Assembly (NCBI RefSeq): GCF_001481685.1
Contig: NZ_CP006867.1
Location: forward strand, 600,001 to 632,000
DNA from: Ignicoccus islandicus DSM 13165
Lineage (GTDB): Archaea; Thermoproteota; Thermoprotei_A; Sulfolobales; Ignicoccaceae
Reading direction: 5' to 3'
DNA: 32,000 nucleotides
Below the pieces are notes generated by a model that saw only the letters and a list, made by a program, of their open reading frames with translations, made no database searches and was not told the DNA's origin. A program made the position numbers and the translations under genes. Shown here piece after piece: positions 9,827 through 17,725 of the stretch. Every line of letters starts with the position of its first letter. Positions within the stretch are counted from its first letter, which is position 1.

Positions 9827-10375
9827 TCAGCGATCACTGATTTTCTCTATAAGTAACTCGAGGTACGTTTTACTTACCACTTCCGCATCGGGCACTATCT
9901 CCCGTAGTTTCAAAAGAAGTTCATTTTTTGCATTCTCCAATTCCTCATTACTAGAAACAACTTTTTCTAACTCAATAAACCAACCTAACCCCTTAACGTT
10001 ATCTATTGCTATTGTTATATCCTCCCATTTCCACCTTTCTCTAGTTTTTTCAACTACGAAGACGGATTTCAAACAAAGTTTTTCTAATATCTGGCGAATT
10101 GCATCGCAACTATTTAATTCAACTTCAATCTCTTCCCTAACCTTTGCGCTCGGATCGAGTCTGGGTCCTTTATACGTTAACACGCATTTCCCATCACTTT
10201 TTCTCAGTCTTACTGCTTCATCAGTTACAGAGAAGTCTCGACAACATCCTCCCTCGCAGTCAAAATTAAAATATTCATCTATTTCGATTCTTTTTCCTAA
10301 GTACTTCGCCGAAAGGAGCTTTCTACGTATTACGTCAGGATCTTTAACCTTAGCTTTTATTTCAACCTCATACAT
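9827..10375 (-). CDS. CYTH domain protein (class IV adenylate cyclase / CyaB-like)
   Basis: MYEVEIKAKVKDPDVIRRKL (ExExK motif), EIDEYFNFD, AVRLRKSDGKCVLTYKGP, REEIEVELN, WKWEDITIAIDNVKGLGWFIELE. Confidence 0.92.
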   Translation of the reverse strand: MYEVEIKAKVKDPDVIRRKLLSAKYLGKRIEIDEYFNFDCEGGCCRDFSVTDEAVRLRKSDGKCVLTYKGPRLDPSAKVREEIEVELNSCDAIRQILEKLCLKSVFVVEKTRERWKWEDITIAIDNVKGLGWFIELEKVVSSNEELENAKNELLLKLREIVPDAEVVSKTYLELLIEKISDR

Positions 10376-10452
10376 ATCATGAATCCCTAGGACAACAGGA
10401 AGAAATAGCCTTATTTAACTCGCTCATACGCAAGGAACGGTGATAACTGAAG

Positions 10453-10653
10453 TTGAGCCTAAGGCTCGAAGTAGAGGTAGTTAAACCACCTGTATGCAGC
10501 AGTTGCAACCGTCTCGTTGTACCGAAGGGCAAGGAAGTAGGTGTTAAGTTTTACTGTCCTAATTGCGGCGAAGTAATTATCTGGAGATGTCCTAGCTGTA
10601 GGAAGCAGACTAAACCTTATCGCTGCCCCAAGTGTGGTTTTGAGGGGCCATGA
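10453..10653 (+). CDS. Small archaeal zinc-ribbon protein (putative RNA-binding)
   Basis: 66 aa from a TTG start with four CxxC pairs: CSSC, CPNC, CPSC, CPKC. Directly upstream of the EF-1beta gene. Confidence 0.85.
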   Translation: MSLRLEVEVVKPPVCSSCNRLVVPKGKEVGVKFYCPNCGEVIIWRCPSCRKQTKPYRCPKCGFEGP

Positions 10654-10665
10654 AGAGTAAGCGAG

Positions 10666-10950
10666 GTGATGGACATGGTTAAAGTATTGGTAACTGTAAA
10701 AGTATATCCCGATAGCGTAGAAAGAGACTTAAACCAACTAGAAGAGTCAATAAAGAGTAAACTCCCAGAAAACTACGAGATAATTAAATCAGAAAGGATA
10801 CCGGTTGCCTTCGGCCTTAACTTACTAAAGCTCTATATAACAATGCCGGAAGAAACCGAGGGCGGAACCTCTGCGCTTGAAGACCTCTTAAAAGAAGTTG
10901 AGGGCGTAAGTGAGGTAGAGGTTGAATCCGTTCACAGAATATCCTATTAG
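10666..10950 (+). CDS. ef1b: Elongation factor 1-beta (aEF-1beta)
   Basis: MVKVLVTVKVYPDSVERDLNQLEESIKSKLPENYEIIKSERIPVAFGLNLLKLYITMPEETEGGTSALEDLLKEVEGVSEVEVESVHRI. The true start may be the ATG at 10669 or 10675. Confidence 0.92.
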   Translation: MMDMVKVLVTVKVYPDSVERDLNQLEESIKSKLPENYEIIKSERIPVAFGLNLLKLYITMPEETEGGTSALEDLLKEVEGVSEVEVESVHRISY

Positions 10951-11103
10951 GCATTTTTTGTCGAGTTTGAAAACTTTGTATTTAATTGTACTTTCGCATT
11001 CTTCATTTTCGATTTCTCAATCTTCTTAAATCAAATTGAGGGCGCTATACTTCAGAAACTTATCTCCTAATAGATATCATAAAATGTGTTATAAAAGACG
11101 AAT

Positions 11104-11180
11104 TGGTGGGGCCGCGGGGATTTGAACCCCGGACCACGGGGGCCCAAGCCCCGCATCCTACCAAGCTAGACGACGGCCCC
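11104..11180 (-). tRNA. tRNA-Pro (anticodon UGG), CCA encoded, intronless
   Basis: Minus strand: GGGGCCG TC GTCTAGCTTGGTAGGATG C GGGG CTTGGGC CCCCG TGG TCCGGGGTTCAAATCCCCG CGGCCCC A CCA. Acceptor, anticodon and T stems pair; loop CTTGGGC gives UGG. Confidence 0.95.
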
Positions 11181-11206
11181 ATCAACATGGCTCTGAGAAT
11201 CCTTTA

Positions 11207-11416
11207 TTAATCTTCCTCGTGACCCCGTGTAGGTGCTACTAGGGCAAGAACCATAGTCAGCAACATGTATATAGTAGTTATCCAAGTCGCTATTGCTGGA
11301 CCGATATATTTTACAATAATTGTCCAGAGGAGCACTACACCAATAACCATTATTATTAACCAATCTTGAGTTGAGAGACTTCGCATTTCTTGAAGGCCCC
11401 TAGTTTCAAATCTCAC
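11207..11416 (-). CDS. Small hypothetical membrane protein
   Basis: 69 aa (alternative start near 11386) with two hydrophobic segments: WLIIMVIGVVLLWTIIVKYIG and ATWITTIYMLLTMVLALVA. Confidence 0.5.
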   Translation of the reverse strand: MRFETRGLQEMRSLSTQDWLIIMVIGVVLLWTIIVKYIGPAIATWITTIYMLLTMVLALVAPTRGHEED

Positions 11417-11450
11417 CGTCTTTTGATAGCTTTAGGGTGTAATTGAAACA

Positions 11451-12806
11451 TTGAGTTGTTGGCAAAGCCTCGAGAAAAGCATTGTACTGAACGTCGGTAG
11501 ATGTAGTTGGGGTAAATGTGTATTTTGCGGATGGGGTAAGAGGGAAGGTACGGAAAGTATCGATAACGCTATGAATAAAATAAGGAAAGCCGTAAGAGAG
11601 AAAGTACCAAAGAGGTTGAAGATATATACTTCTGGAAGCTTATTCGATGAGAACCAATATCCAAGGTATTTCCAATTATGGTTAGCTGAATTCATAGATA
11701 GAACCTGCGTGGAAGAACTTCAAGTTGAGAGCTTACCTTCGTTTATAAAGTACGAATTATTGCAACCTTTCCTCGGAAGATCATACAAACTCATTGTAGC
11801 TTTGGGACTAGAGGTGGCTGATAATGACGCACTTAGGAAACTCGGTAAGTATCCTGCCATGAGTGTTGAAAGTTACATCTCGACTGCACTTACCTTAAGG
11901 AATCTGGGAGTTGGAACTAGAACTTACGTCTTAGTAAATCCTCCTATCAAAGATTGGGAAGACTTGTTCCATAAGACCGTAGATATTGCATTGAAATACT
12001 CCGATGAGGTAGTGTTAATCAATACTTACCCACATTCAGAATCACCTCTATTCACTTTATGGATAAGTGGGAAATGGAGGCCTCTAGATGAAGAGCATTT
12101 CATGAGAATTGTCAAACCATATCTAAATAATCCGAGGATATCAATAGACTTCAACAATTTCGCTTTCAAACCAAACTTTCCAAAACGCTTAAGGAAACGT
12201 ATAAAAGGGGCCGGTAAGGAACAGCTTATTCATCCGTACTACGAAGTGTGGCAAGACTTCATTACGAGGTTCTATACTCCACCTAGAAGGAAATCGGTTC
12301 TCTTATTTGTGCCTTGTTCTTATAGAAAACCATATTATAAGAGTAAGACGTGGAAAGCAATACTGAACGTTCTAAGAAGGGTTGGATTAAGAAGTGTGAC
12401 GCACCTCGTTGCGATAAGTTCACCAGGAGTAGTTCCTGAAGAATTTTCCAATGAATATCCCTTTAACAGCTACGATTGGCCCGAGTGGGAGGAAACCGAA
12501 GAAATAAAGAGACTCTATATTAAAGTGAATAAAGAGAGAATAAAGAGATACTTACTACGTCATAAGGATAAGTATAAGGTAATCGCATACTACTTGAAGC
12601 CTTCTAGTGAAAGCGCAAAAGCTTTGGAAGAAGCTTGCAAGGAATTAGGATTAGAGTGCATTAAATGTCTACCAGAAGAGGTCTTCGAAAAGGTGAGGAA
12701 AGAAGTAACATCTTCAGAAATAACGCATGAGCTTTCTTTGAAATCTCTGGAAGAATGCCTTAAGAGAATTAAAGTTAAATACGAGATTAGAAAAGCTAAA
12801 ACATAG
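11451..12806 (+). CDS. Radical SAM protein (RaSEA/Elp3-like) with a C-terminal ArcS/DUF5591-like domain
   Basis: 451 aa. N-terminal cluster motif RCSWGKCVFCGWGKREG (Cx4CxxC), LKIYTSGSLFDE. C-terminal LLFVPCSYRKPYYKSKTWKAIL and VTHLVAISSPGVVPEEFSNEYPFNSYDWPEWEETEEIKRLYI resemble the ArcS core motifs. Confidence 0.75.
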   Translation: MSCWQSLEKSIVLNVGRCSWGKCVFCGWGKREGTESIDNAMNKIRKAVREKVPKRLKIYTSGSLFDENQYPRYFQLWLAEFIDRTCVEELQVESLPSFIKYELLQPFLGRSYKLIVALGLEVADNDALRKLGKYPAMSVESYISTALTLRNLGVGTRTYVLVNPPIKDWEDLFHKTVDIALKYSDEVVLINTYPHSESPLFTLWISGKWRPLDEEHFMRIVKPYLNNPRISIDFNNFAFKPNFPKRLRKRIKGAGKEQLIHPYYEVWQDFITRFYTPPRRKSVLLFVPCSYRKPYYKSKTWKAILNVLRRVGLRSVTHLVAISSPGVVPEEFSNEYPFNSYDWPEWEETEEIKRLYIKVNKERIKRYLLRHKDKYKVIAYYLKPSSESAKALEEACKELGLECIKCLPEEVFEKVRKEVTSSEITHELSLKSLEECLKRIKVKYEIRKAKT

Positions 12807-12922
12807 AAAACGTTATTGCAGTTAAGTTGTGTACACTACACATCAAAACGGTGCATTTCAAGTATAGAATTCGAATATTATATTTATTAACTTCAAATAA
12901 TATAGAAAGGTGGTGAAGGAAT

Positions 12923-13156
12923 ATGTTAAGAAGGAGAGAAGTAAAGGTACGGGAAGTAGTAGGACGGAAGGTGGTCAATAAGAAAGAATACAGGTACACC
13001 TACTATACTCTACCTCTGAACATCTACATACCAAAGCACGTCGTAGAGAAGTACGATAAGGACTATGTATTAGAGATAAATACTGAAACTGGTGAAATAA
13101 GGGCATTCCCAAAGAAACTCAAGGAAAACGTACCTCAAGTAGAGGCAACTCAATAA
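12923..13156 (+). CDS. Small AbrB-like protein (putative)
   Basis: 77 aa with YTLPLNIYIPKHVVEKYDKDYVLEINTETGEIRAFPK, similar to a swapped-hairpin AbrB fold; preceded by GGTGGTGA. Confidence 0.45.
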   Translation: MLRRREVKVREVVGRKVVNKKEYRYTYYTLPLNIYIPKHVVEKYDKDYVLEINTETGEIRAFPKKLKENVPQVEATQ

Positions 13157-13200
13157 CCCTAGAATATCAAAAGATTTCATAAGCAGTTAAAGTACAAACT

Positions 13201-13539
13201 TCAATTCTCCTTAGAAACAATCTTTTTATATTTTTCTCTTAGGATCTCTGCTAATTCTTTGCCATAGTACTCTTCGACTTTTTCAATTAGGTCTTCGACG
13301 ACGTTTTTATAAGGCTTTAATAGTTTCAATACCTCAGCAAACTCCGTCTCAAAATACTTTTTGAGACCTTCCCGTGGGTCTTCTACTTCGAATGAATTGA
13401 ACTTAAATTTACTCTCGGCTGTCCAAACCATTCTCCTTAAATCAGAAGCTAGTCTCGATCCTATTTCGTTCTGATGTTCAGCAATAACTACATTGAAGAC
13501 TTGACGCAAGAAGTCCGGATACTTAGGCATCACCAACAC
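13201..13539 (-). CDS. Hypothetical protein
   Basis: 112 aa, charged and helix-rich, no recognised motif; no competing ORF. Confidence 0.6.
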   Translation of the reverse strand: MLVMPKYPDFLRQVFNVVIAEHQNEIGSRLASDLRRMVWTAESKFKFNSFEVEDPREGLKKYFETEFAEVLKLLKPYKNVVEDLIEKVEEYYGKELAEILREKYKKIVSKEN

Positions 13540-13693
13540 TCCCCATACAGGCCTTTCGTCATCCCTATTATGAGGTCTTTCCCGGATTCTACGGTCATTG
13601 AAAATAATATATCGTAAATTATACCAATAAATTGTAAACTATTTATTATAGAATACAATTCGTATTTGAACTATTCCTGAAAGCACTCTAGGA

Positions 13694-14155
13694 TTAAATT
13701 TCATCCTCATCCAGCTCTTCTAATGCCTCTAACTCCTCTAATTCTTCATCAATAGCTTCTTCCTCTGCTTCCTCTTCAGTGCCCAGTATATCTTCGATAG
13801 CCTCAATCTCCTCTTCGGTTGTCTGAGGAACTTCCTCTTCTTGAAACTTTGCAAGCTCTTCTGGATTAGCTGTATAGGAGCCGTCTGGAAGCTCAAATAT
13901 TCTATTTTCTTCTAAGAGTTTTAAGAGAGCTCTTCTAAGTCTATCTTCACCTGCTGTAGCGGAAAACACCTCCTTGAGTTCTTTGAACTTCATTCTCTTT
14001 TCTTGCAATATATTTAGAATTAGTTGTTCCAATTCGATGTCATCAGGAGCTGCTAGAAGCACTATTTCGTCATCTTCATATATTTTTTCGAGTTTGTTTA
14101 TTACTTCCTCTTGGACATCATCAACGGGTTTCTTTTCCTTGTTCACATCCTCCAA
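13694..14155 (-). CDS. Hypothetical protein, possible winged-helix core with a very acidic C-terminal tail
   Basis: 153 aa; LILNILQEKRMKFKELKEVFSATAGEDRLRRALLKLLEENRIFELPDGSY looks like wHTH; tail EEEIEAIEDILGTEEEAEEEAIDEELEELEALEELDEDEI. Confidence 0.65.
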   Translation of the reverse strand: MEDVNKEKKPVDDVQEEVINKLEKIYEDDEIVLLAAPDDIELEQLILNILQEKRMKFKELKEVFSATAGEDRLRRALLKLLEENRIFELPDGSYTANPEELAKFQEEEVPQTTEEEIEAIEDILGTEEEAEEEAIDEELEELEALEELDEDEI

Positions 14156-14272
14156 TCTTTTTTACCCTCCGTAAAGTTTTGAATAAATCTATCATAAAAG
14201 TTTAAGCTCTAGCTTTAGAGAAAGTTATCGTACTTTGATTCGTCTTTACTAGCTGGTACTTCTCGAAGGTTT

Positions 14273-14318
14273 ATATTACTTTAATATTACTAACCCCTAG
14301 GCTTCCTCTGAATCCCAC
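14273..14318 (+). repeat. Left arm of perfect 46-bp inverted repeat
   Basis: Exact reverse complement of 14707..14752, checked base by base. Confidence 0.95.
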
Positions 14319-14706
14319 TACTATCCCATTATATATTGTGTAACTCCTGTATTTGCTTTGATCCTCAATATCGTCTCCTTAGTGTTACTATACTATTACT
14401 AAGGACGTTTTTCAACAGCACACAAATTGGGACCAAATACTGGCTTACAAGAACTGCATCGTTGCTATAGCCTTCGCTATTTTCTCATTGCAATTTCACC
14501 GAAGAGAGATTTTGTTGTCTGTATGTTATTCATTTAATTGAAACACGTTTTTCAATCAATGTACTTCAACTTTGTTTATGAATAATTATACAAAACTCGC
14601 TTCTTAATAAAGTGAGTATGTAGAGTTACAGACGAAATAAACCACCTGTATATATTGGTGTAATACTTCCCAGTACGTTTGTTGCGAGGTATTGTGTCCC
14701 ATAGGT

Positions 14707-14752
14707 GTGGGATTCAGAGGAAGCCTAGGGGTTAGTAATATTAAAGTAATAT
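14707..14752 (-). repeat. Right arm of perfect 46-bp inverted repeat
   Basis: GTGGGATTCAGAGGAAGCCTAGGGGTTAGTAATATTAAAGTAATAT; exact reverse complement of 14273..14318. Confidence 0.95.
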
Positions 14753-14761
14753 GTATTACTA

Positions 14762-16576
14762 TTAAAGCTTGTCCATCTCATCTAAGGCTTTAATCAAATA
14801 CTCTGAATCTGTAACGAATTCGTGTAGATCCAACGATTTCAAGGTAGAAGGAAGTGGTATACCATTTATCAGACTCCATCCCCTTTTCTTATAATACTCT
14901 GTTTTTGCTTCCTCCATATCCTCGTAACTTAGGAACGCTTTCAAGCCCTTTGCTGGTCCTGTAGGTGCAGGTTCCATCCATCGTGGAGGTACGGTATCAT
15001 CAGACCTTCTTATACCACTCTTTATTGCCCACAATCTGCTCAGACTTTCCGTTCTCCAAGAGAGGGCCCGTAGTTCCTCTACACTGATGGAAATACCATA
15101 AACAATTTCTAGTAGTTTAGAGAAGTCTTCGAAGTTGTATGGTAGGAAAACACACGTGCCCATATGGTCTTGGACGCTCACCCTATCCCTATCTTCTATT
15201 AGACTATCGATTGCATTGACTGCTGGCTCCTTAGGTGGTTTATGAGGTCGAGGCCAACCCCTCAGATGACTTGCACCCACATCAGCTGTTGCGTAACTTA
15301 AACCAAACCCTAACAAACCTCTTGGATCCCAAGCAGGTGCCTCTAACCCTTTCACGTGAACGGCCCATTCCTTTCCATATCCAACGATTTCAGTTATTCT
15401 TTTAAGACCTTCTGCAAGCAATGCTCCTATTTCCTTCCGCTCAGCTATCAGCTTCATCAATTCTCTTTGCTTCTCTGCTTCACCCCACTTTATATCGTAG
15501 AGCTTATAGCCCCTTTCGGTCGTTTCCATTAGCCAACCTATCACGTTTCCGGTAGATATGCTATCTAATCCTAGCTCATTTACAGTTTTTATTGCTTTTA
15601 GCACATCATCCAATTTATATATTCCGTCCGCTGCACCAAGCATACCTAAATGCTCGTATTCGCTCTTAATTCCTTCTATTACTTTAGGACATTTGACTGG
15701 ACACATGTAACCATAGGTTGATGGGTCTTCTTCAGCGACACTTATTGCCCTCTTAATTATTTCATCTCCTTTTAACTCACCGACGTCGCCTAGATGCGTG
15801 AACTTGAAATTGTAATGAGGTGCCATTCCTAGCATGTCGGCTTGCACGAGAGCGTTATTAGTTCCATATTTTGAGAATCTAGACTGCTTTCCCAAACGAA
15901 CGTAGAGTTCTGTAACGTATTTTCTCCATTCATCCCAACCCCCAGCGGGTTCCTCTATGTGATTTGCGGTTTTTACAGCAATTGCTTTTAGATTCTTTGA
16001 ACCCCAGACTGCACCTATACCCCCTCTTCCAGCCGCCCTCAGTTTGTCTACAATAATTGATGCATAACGAACTTTATTCTCACCAGCCCTACCTATGGCA
16101 GCTACGCTTACCTTTCCGTGTTTTGTCCTTAAACTATTAACAGTTTCCGATACGCTCTTGCCCCATAAATCGTTTGCATCTATTATATCAATATAATCAT
16201 CTTCAATATATAGATATACTGGTTCGCTGGCCCTACCCTTAATTATTACTGCATCGATTCCAGCCATGCGTAACTTCGGTCCGAAAACTTCTCCAGCATA
16301 AGAATCATGTATTAAACCCGTTAAAGGAGAAATTGTGCCAAAGCAAGTCTTACCGGAGCCCGGAGCGTAACCCGATAACGCTCCGGGTGCTATTACAGCT
16401 ACATTGTGTTCGCTTAAGGGATCTATTGGTAAACCTACTTCTTTATAAAGATAATACGTACAGAATCCCTTACCTCCCCAGAACCTTAAGGAGACGTCCT
16501 TCGGTATTTTCCTCTTTTCGATAGAATTTCTTGTTAAATCTACGTAGAGGATCCTCCTATTCTCAATATTCACCAT
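14762..16576 (-). CDS. aor: Tungsten-containing aldehyde:ferredoxin oxidoreductase family protein
   Basis: 604 aa with RFWGGKGFCTYYLYKE, APGSGKTCFGTISPLTGLIHDSYAGEVFGPKLRMAGIDAVIIKGRA, RAAGRGGIGAVWGSKNLKAI, CPVKCPK, DHMGTCVF. Confidence 0.95.
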   Translation of the reverse strand: MVNIENRRILYVDLTRNSIEKRKIPKDVSLRFWGGKGFCTYYLYKEVGLPIDPLSEHNVAVIAPGALSGYAPGSGKTCFGTISPLTGLIHDSYAGEVFGPKLRMAGIDAVIIKGRASEPVYLYIEDDYIDIIDANDLWGKSVSETVNSLRTKHGKVSVAAIGRAGENKVRYASIIVDKLRAAGRGGIGAVWGSKNLKAIAVKTANHIEEPAGGWDEWRKYVTELYVRLGKQSRFSKYGTNNALVQADMLGMAPHYNFKFTHLGDVGELKGDEIIKRAISVAEEDPSTYGYMCPVKCPKVIEGIKSEYEHLGMLGAADGIYKLDDVLKAIKTVNELGLDSISTGNVIGWLMETTERGYKLYDIKWGEAEKQRELMKLIAERKEIGALLAEGLKRITEIVGYGKEWAVHVKGLEAPAWDPRGLLGFGLSYATADVGASHLRGWPRPHKPPKEPAVNAIDSLIEDRDRVSVQDHMGTCVFLPYNFEDFSKLLEIVYGISISVEELRALSWRTESLSRLWAIKSGIRRSDDTVPPRWMEPAPTGPAKGLKAFLSYEDMEEAKTEYYKKRGWSLINGIPLPSTLKSLDLHEFVTDSEYLIKALDEMDKL

Positions 16577-16639
16577 ATCTTATCTTCCCAGAAGGTAATA
16601 CTATGTGATAGGATTTGAAAAGAGTGGTGTGAAAACTCA

Positions 16640-17050
16640 TTATACTTCTATAATGAGATCATTTAAGCTCTTTGAATGATGCGCTCCAAGTAACCATAAG
16701 AGTTCTTCTTTTGCAGCATCTATCATAGAAGGAGTTATGGGCTCTCTGAGTTTATCGTTAACGTAATGCGCGAACTTGCTTAAGTTACACCACGTATTCT
16801 CATCGAGTAAGTCAGCTCTCTCTATTCCTATACCATTGTACCCGTTCTTGCTCCATATTATTATTTTTCCTTCGTTAGGACATATGCTTACACGAAGCGA
16901 ATTATAACAATCTTTGAATTCTGAGATCAAACCTTCGATATCCTTCTTGATAACTTCCTTGTTACTCTTAATTATCCAGAACTTGTTATCGTATCTCGAC
17001 TGGATTATTACGAATAAGTGGGCCGGGTAAACTGGTTCACACATATGCAC
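16640..17050 (-). CDS. Hypothetical protein
   Basis: 136 aa soluble-looking ORF with no recognised family. Confidence 0.55.
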   Translation of the reverse strand: MHMCEPVYPAHLFVIIQSRYDNKFWIIKSNKEVIKKDIEGLISEFKDCYNSLRVSICPNEGKIIIWSKNGYNGIGIERADLLDENTWCNLSKFAHYVNDKLREPITPSMIDAAKEELLWLLGAHHSKSLNDLIIEV

Positions 17051-17112
17051 GTTCCCCTTTAGTAATAGATAGTTTTAGAATAGTATTTTCGAGAACTTCG
17101 TATTATTGAGTT

Positions 17113-17177
17113 ACTACTCAGGAGCCAGGGGTTTCATCACCCATCTCAGACGCCCGACGTACGAATCCTCATTGCTT
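17113..17177 (-). ncRNA. Candidate C/D box sRNA (double guide)
   Basis: Minus strand: AATGAGGA (C, 17166-17172, one mismatch to RTGATGA) - 16 nt - CTGA (D', 17146-17149) - 5 nt - GTGATGA (C', 17134-17140, perfect) - 12 nt - CTGA (D, 17118-17121). Located in an intergenic gap. Confidence 0.55.
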
Positions 17178-17233
17178 CGGCCAGTTTAACTCACATAATT
17201 GTTTCCTGTAACTTCAACTGGAGGGAAGGGTTA

Positions 17234-17725
17234 ATGAGAATTATTAAGAAGCCATTATCTAAAAGAGAAAAGAAGCAATTAATCAAGGAGATTCCGCGCG
17301 AGTTAATAGAGGTAGATCTTAACGAAAAGATAGAGGAAGCGAAAGTAGTCTCTGATAGGAGTGGAAAGGAGTACTTGGTTATTTATATTAACGACAAACC
17401 AACGCTTGCCAGAATAAAAAACAAATTCATTCCAATACTATGTGGTCAGAAACTAGAGTTTAGGGGCGTCGTTGTAGACGAAGGAGCTGTAAAACATATT
17501 ACTAATGGAGCGGACGTAATGAGACCTGGAATCGTAGAGGTGAAGGGAGAATTTGATAAGGGAGATTTGGTTCTAGTCTACTCCGTCAACTTACCGTTCC
17601 CAATAGCAGTAGGGGAAGCTCTATACTCGTCAGAGGAAATTAAGAAAATGGAGAAGGGGAAAGTAATAAAGAACATACACCATTTGGGAGATGAACTTTT
17701 CAAGCTGTGTAAGGGTTTAGCTTAG
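17234..17725 (+). CDS. PUA domain protein (archaeal MCT1/Tma20-like RNA-binding protein)
   Basis: 163 aa with KFIPILCGQKLEFRGVVVDEGAVKHITNGADVMRPGIVEVKGEFDKGDLVLVYSVNLPFPIAVGEALYSSEE. Confidence 0.85.
   Translation: MRIIKKPLSKREKKQLIKEIPRELIEVDLNEKIEEAKVVSDRSGKEYLVIYINDKPTLARIKNKFIPILCGQKLEFRGVVVDEGAVKHITNGADVMRPGIVEVKGEFDKGDLVLVYSVNLPFPIAVGEALYSSEEIKKMEKGKVIKNIHHLGDELFKLCKGLA

Larger units (their letters stand above)
14273..14752. mobile_element. Candidate 480-bp MITE-like non-coding element bounded by perfect 46-bp terminal inverted repeats
   Basis: 14273-14318 ATATTACTTTAATATTACTAACCCCTAGGCTTCCTCTGAATCCCAC is the exact reverse complement of 14707-14752. The interior (388 bp) has no ORF of note. 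Confidence 0.6.

Noticed and set aside
11166-11363. Plus-strand 65-aa ORF overlapping the tRNA-Pro region
   Set aside because: Starts inside the tRNA-Pro gene and is antisense to a more plausible small membrane protein.
14273-14752. RNase P RNA or rRNA fragment in the gap between 14155 and 14762
   Set aside because: No RNase P conserved core (GAGGAAAGUCC-like) or rRNA signatures; only the perfect inverted repeat stands out.
14274-14760. Possible TATTACT target-site duplication around the inverted-repeat element
   Set aside because: The left copy lies inside the 46-bp arm rather than outside it, so it cannot be a simple TSD; the immediate flanks do not match.
16333-16524. Small ORFs antisense to or shadowing other large genes (e.g. 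513-728, 1004-1273, 3435-3623, 6638-6970, 7560-7802, 7809-8264, 16333-16524, 17804-18442, 23254-24034, 28203-28526, 29375-29641)
   Set aside because: All sit inside confidently coded genes in another frame or strand with no family signal.
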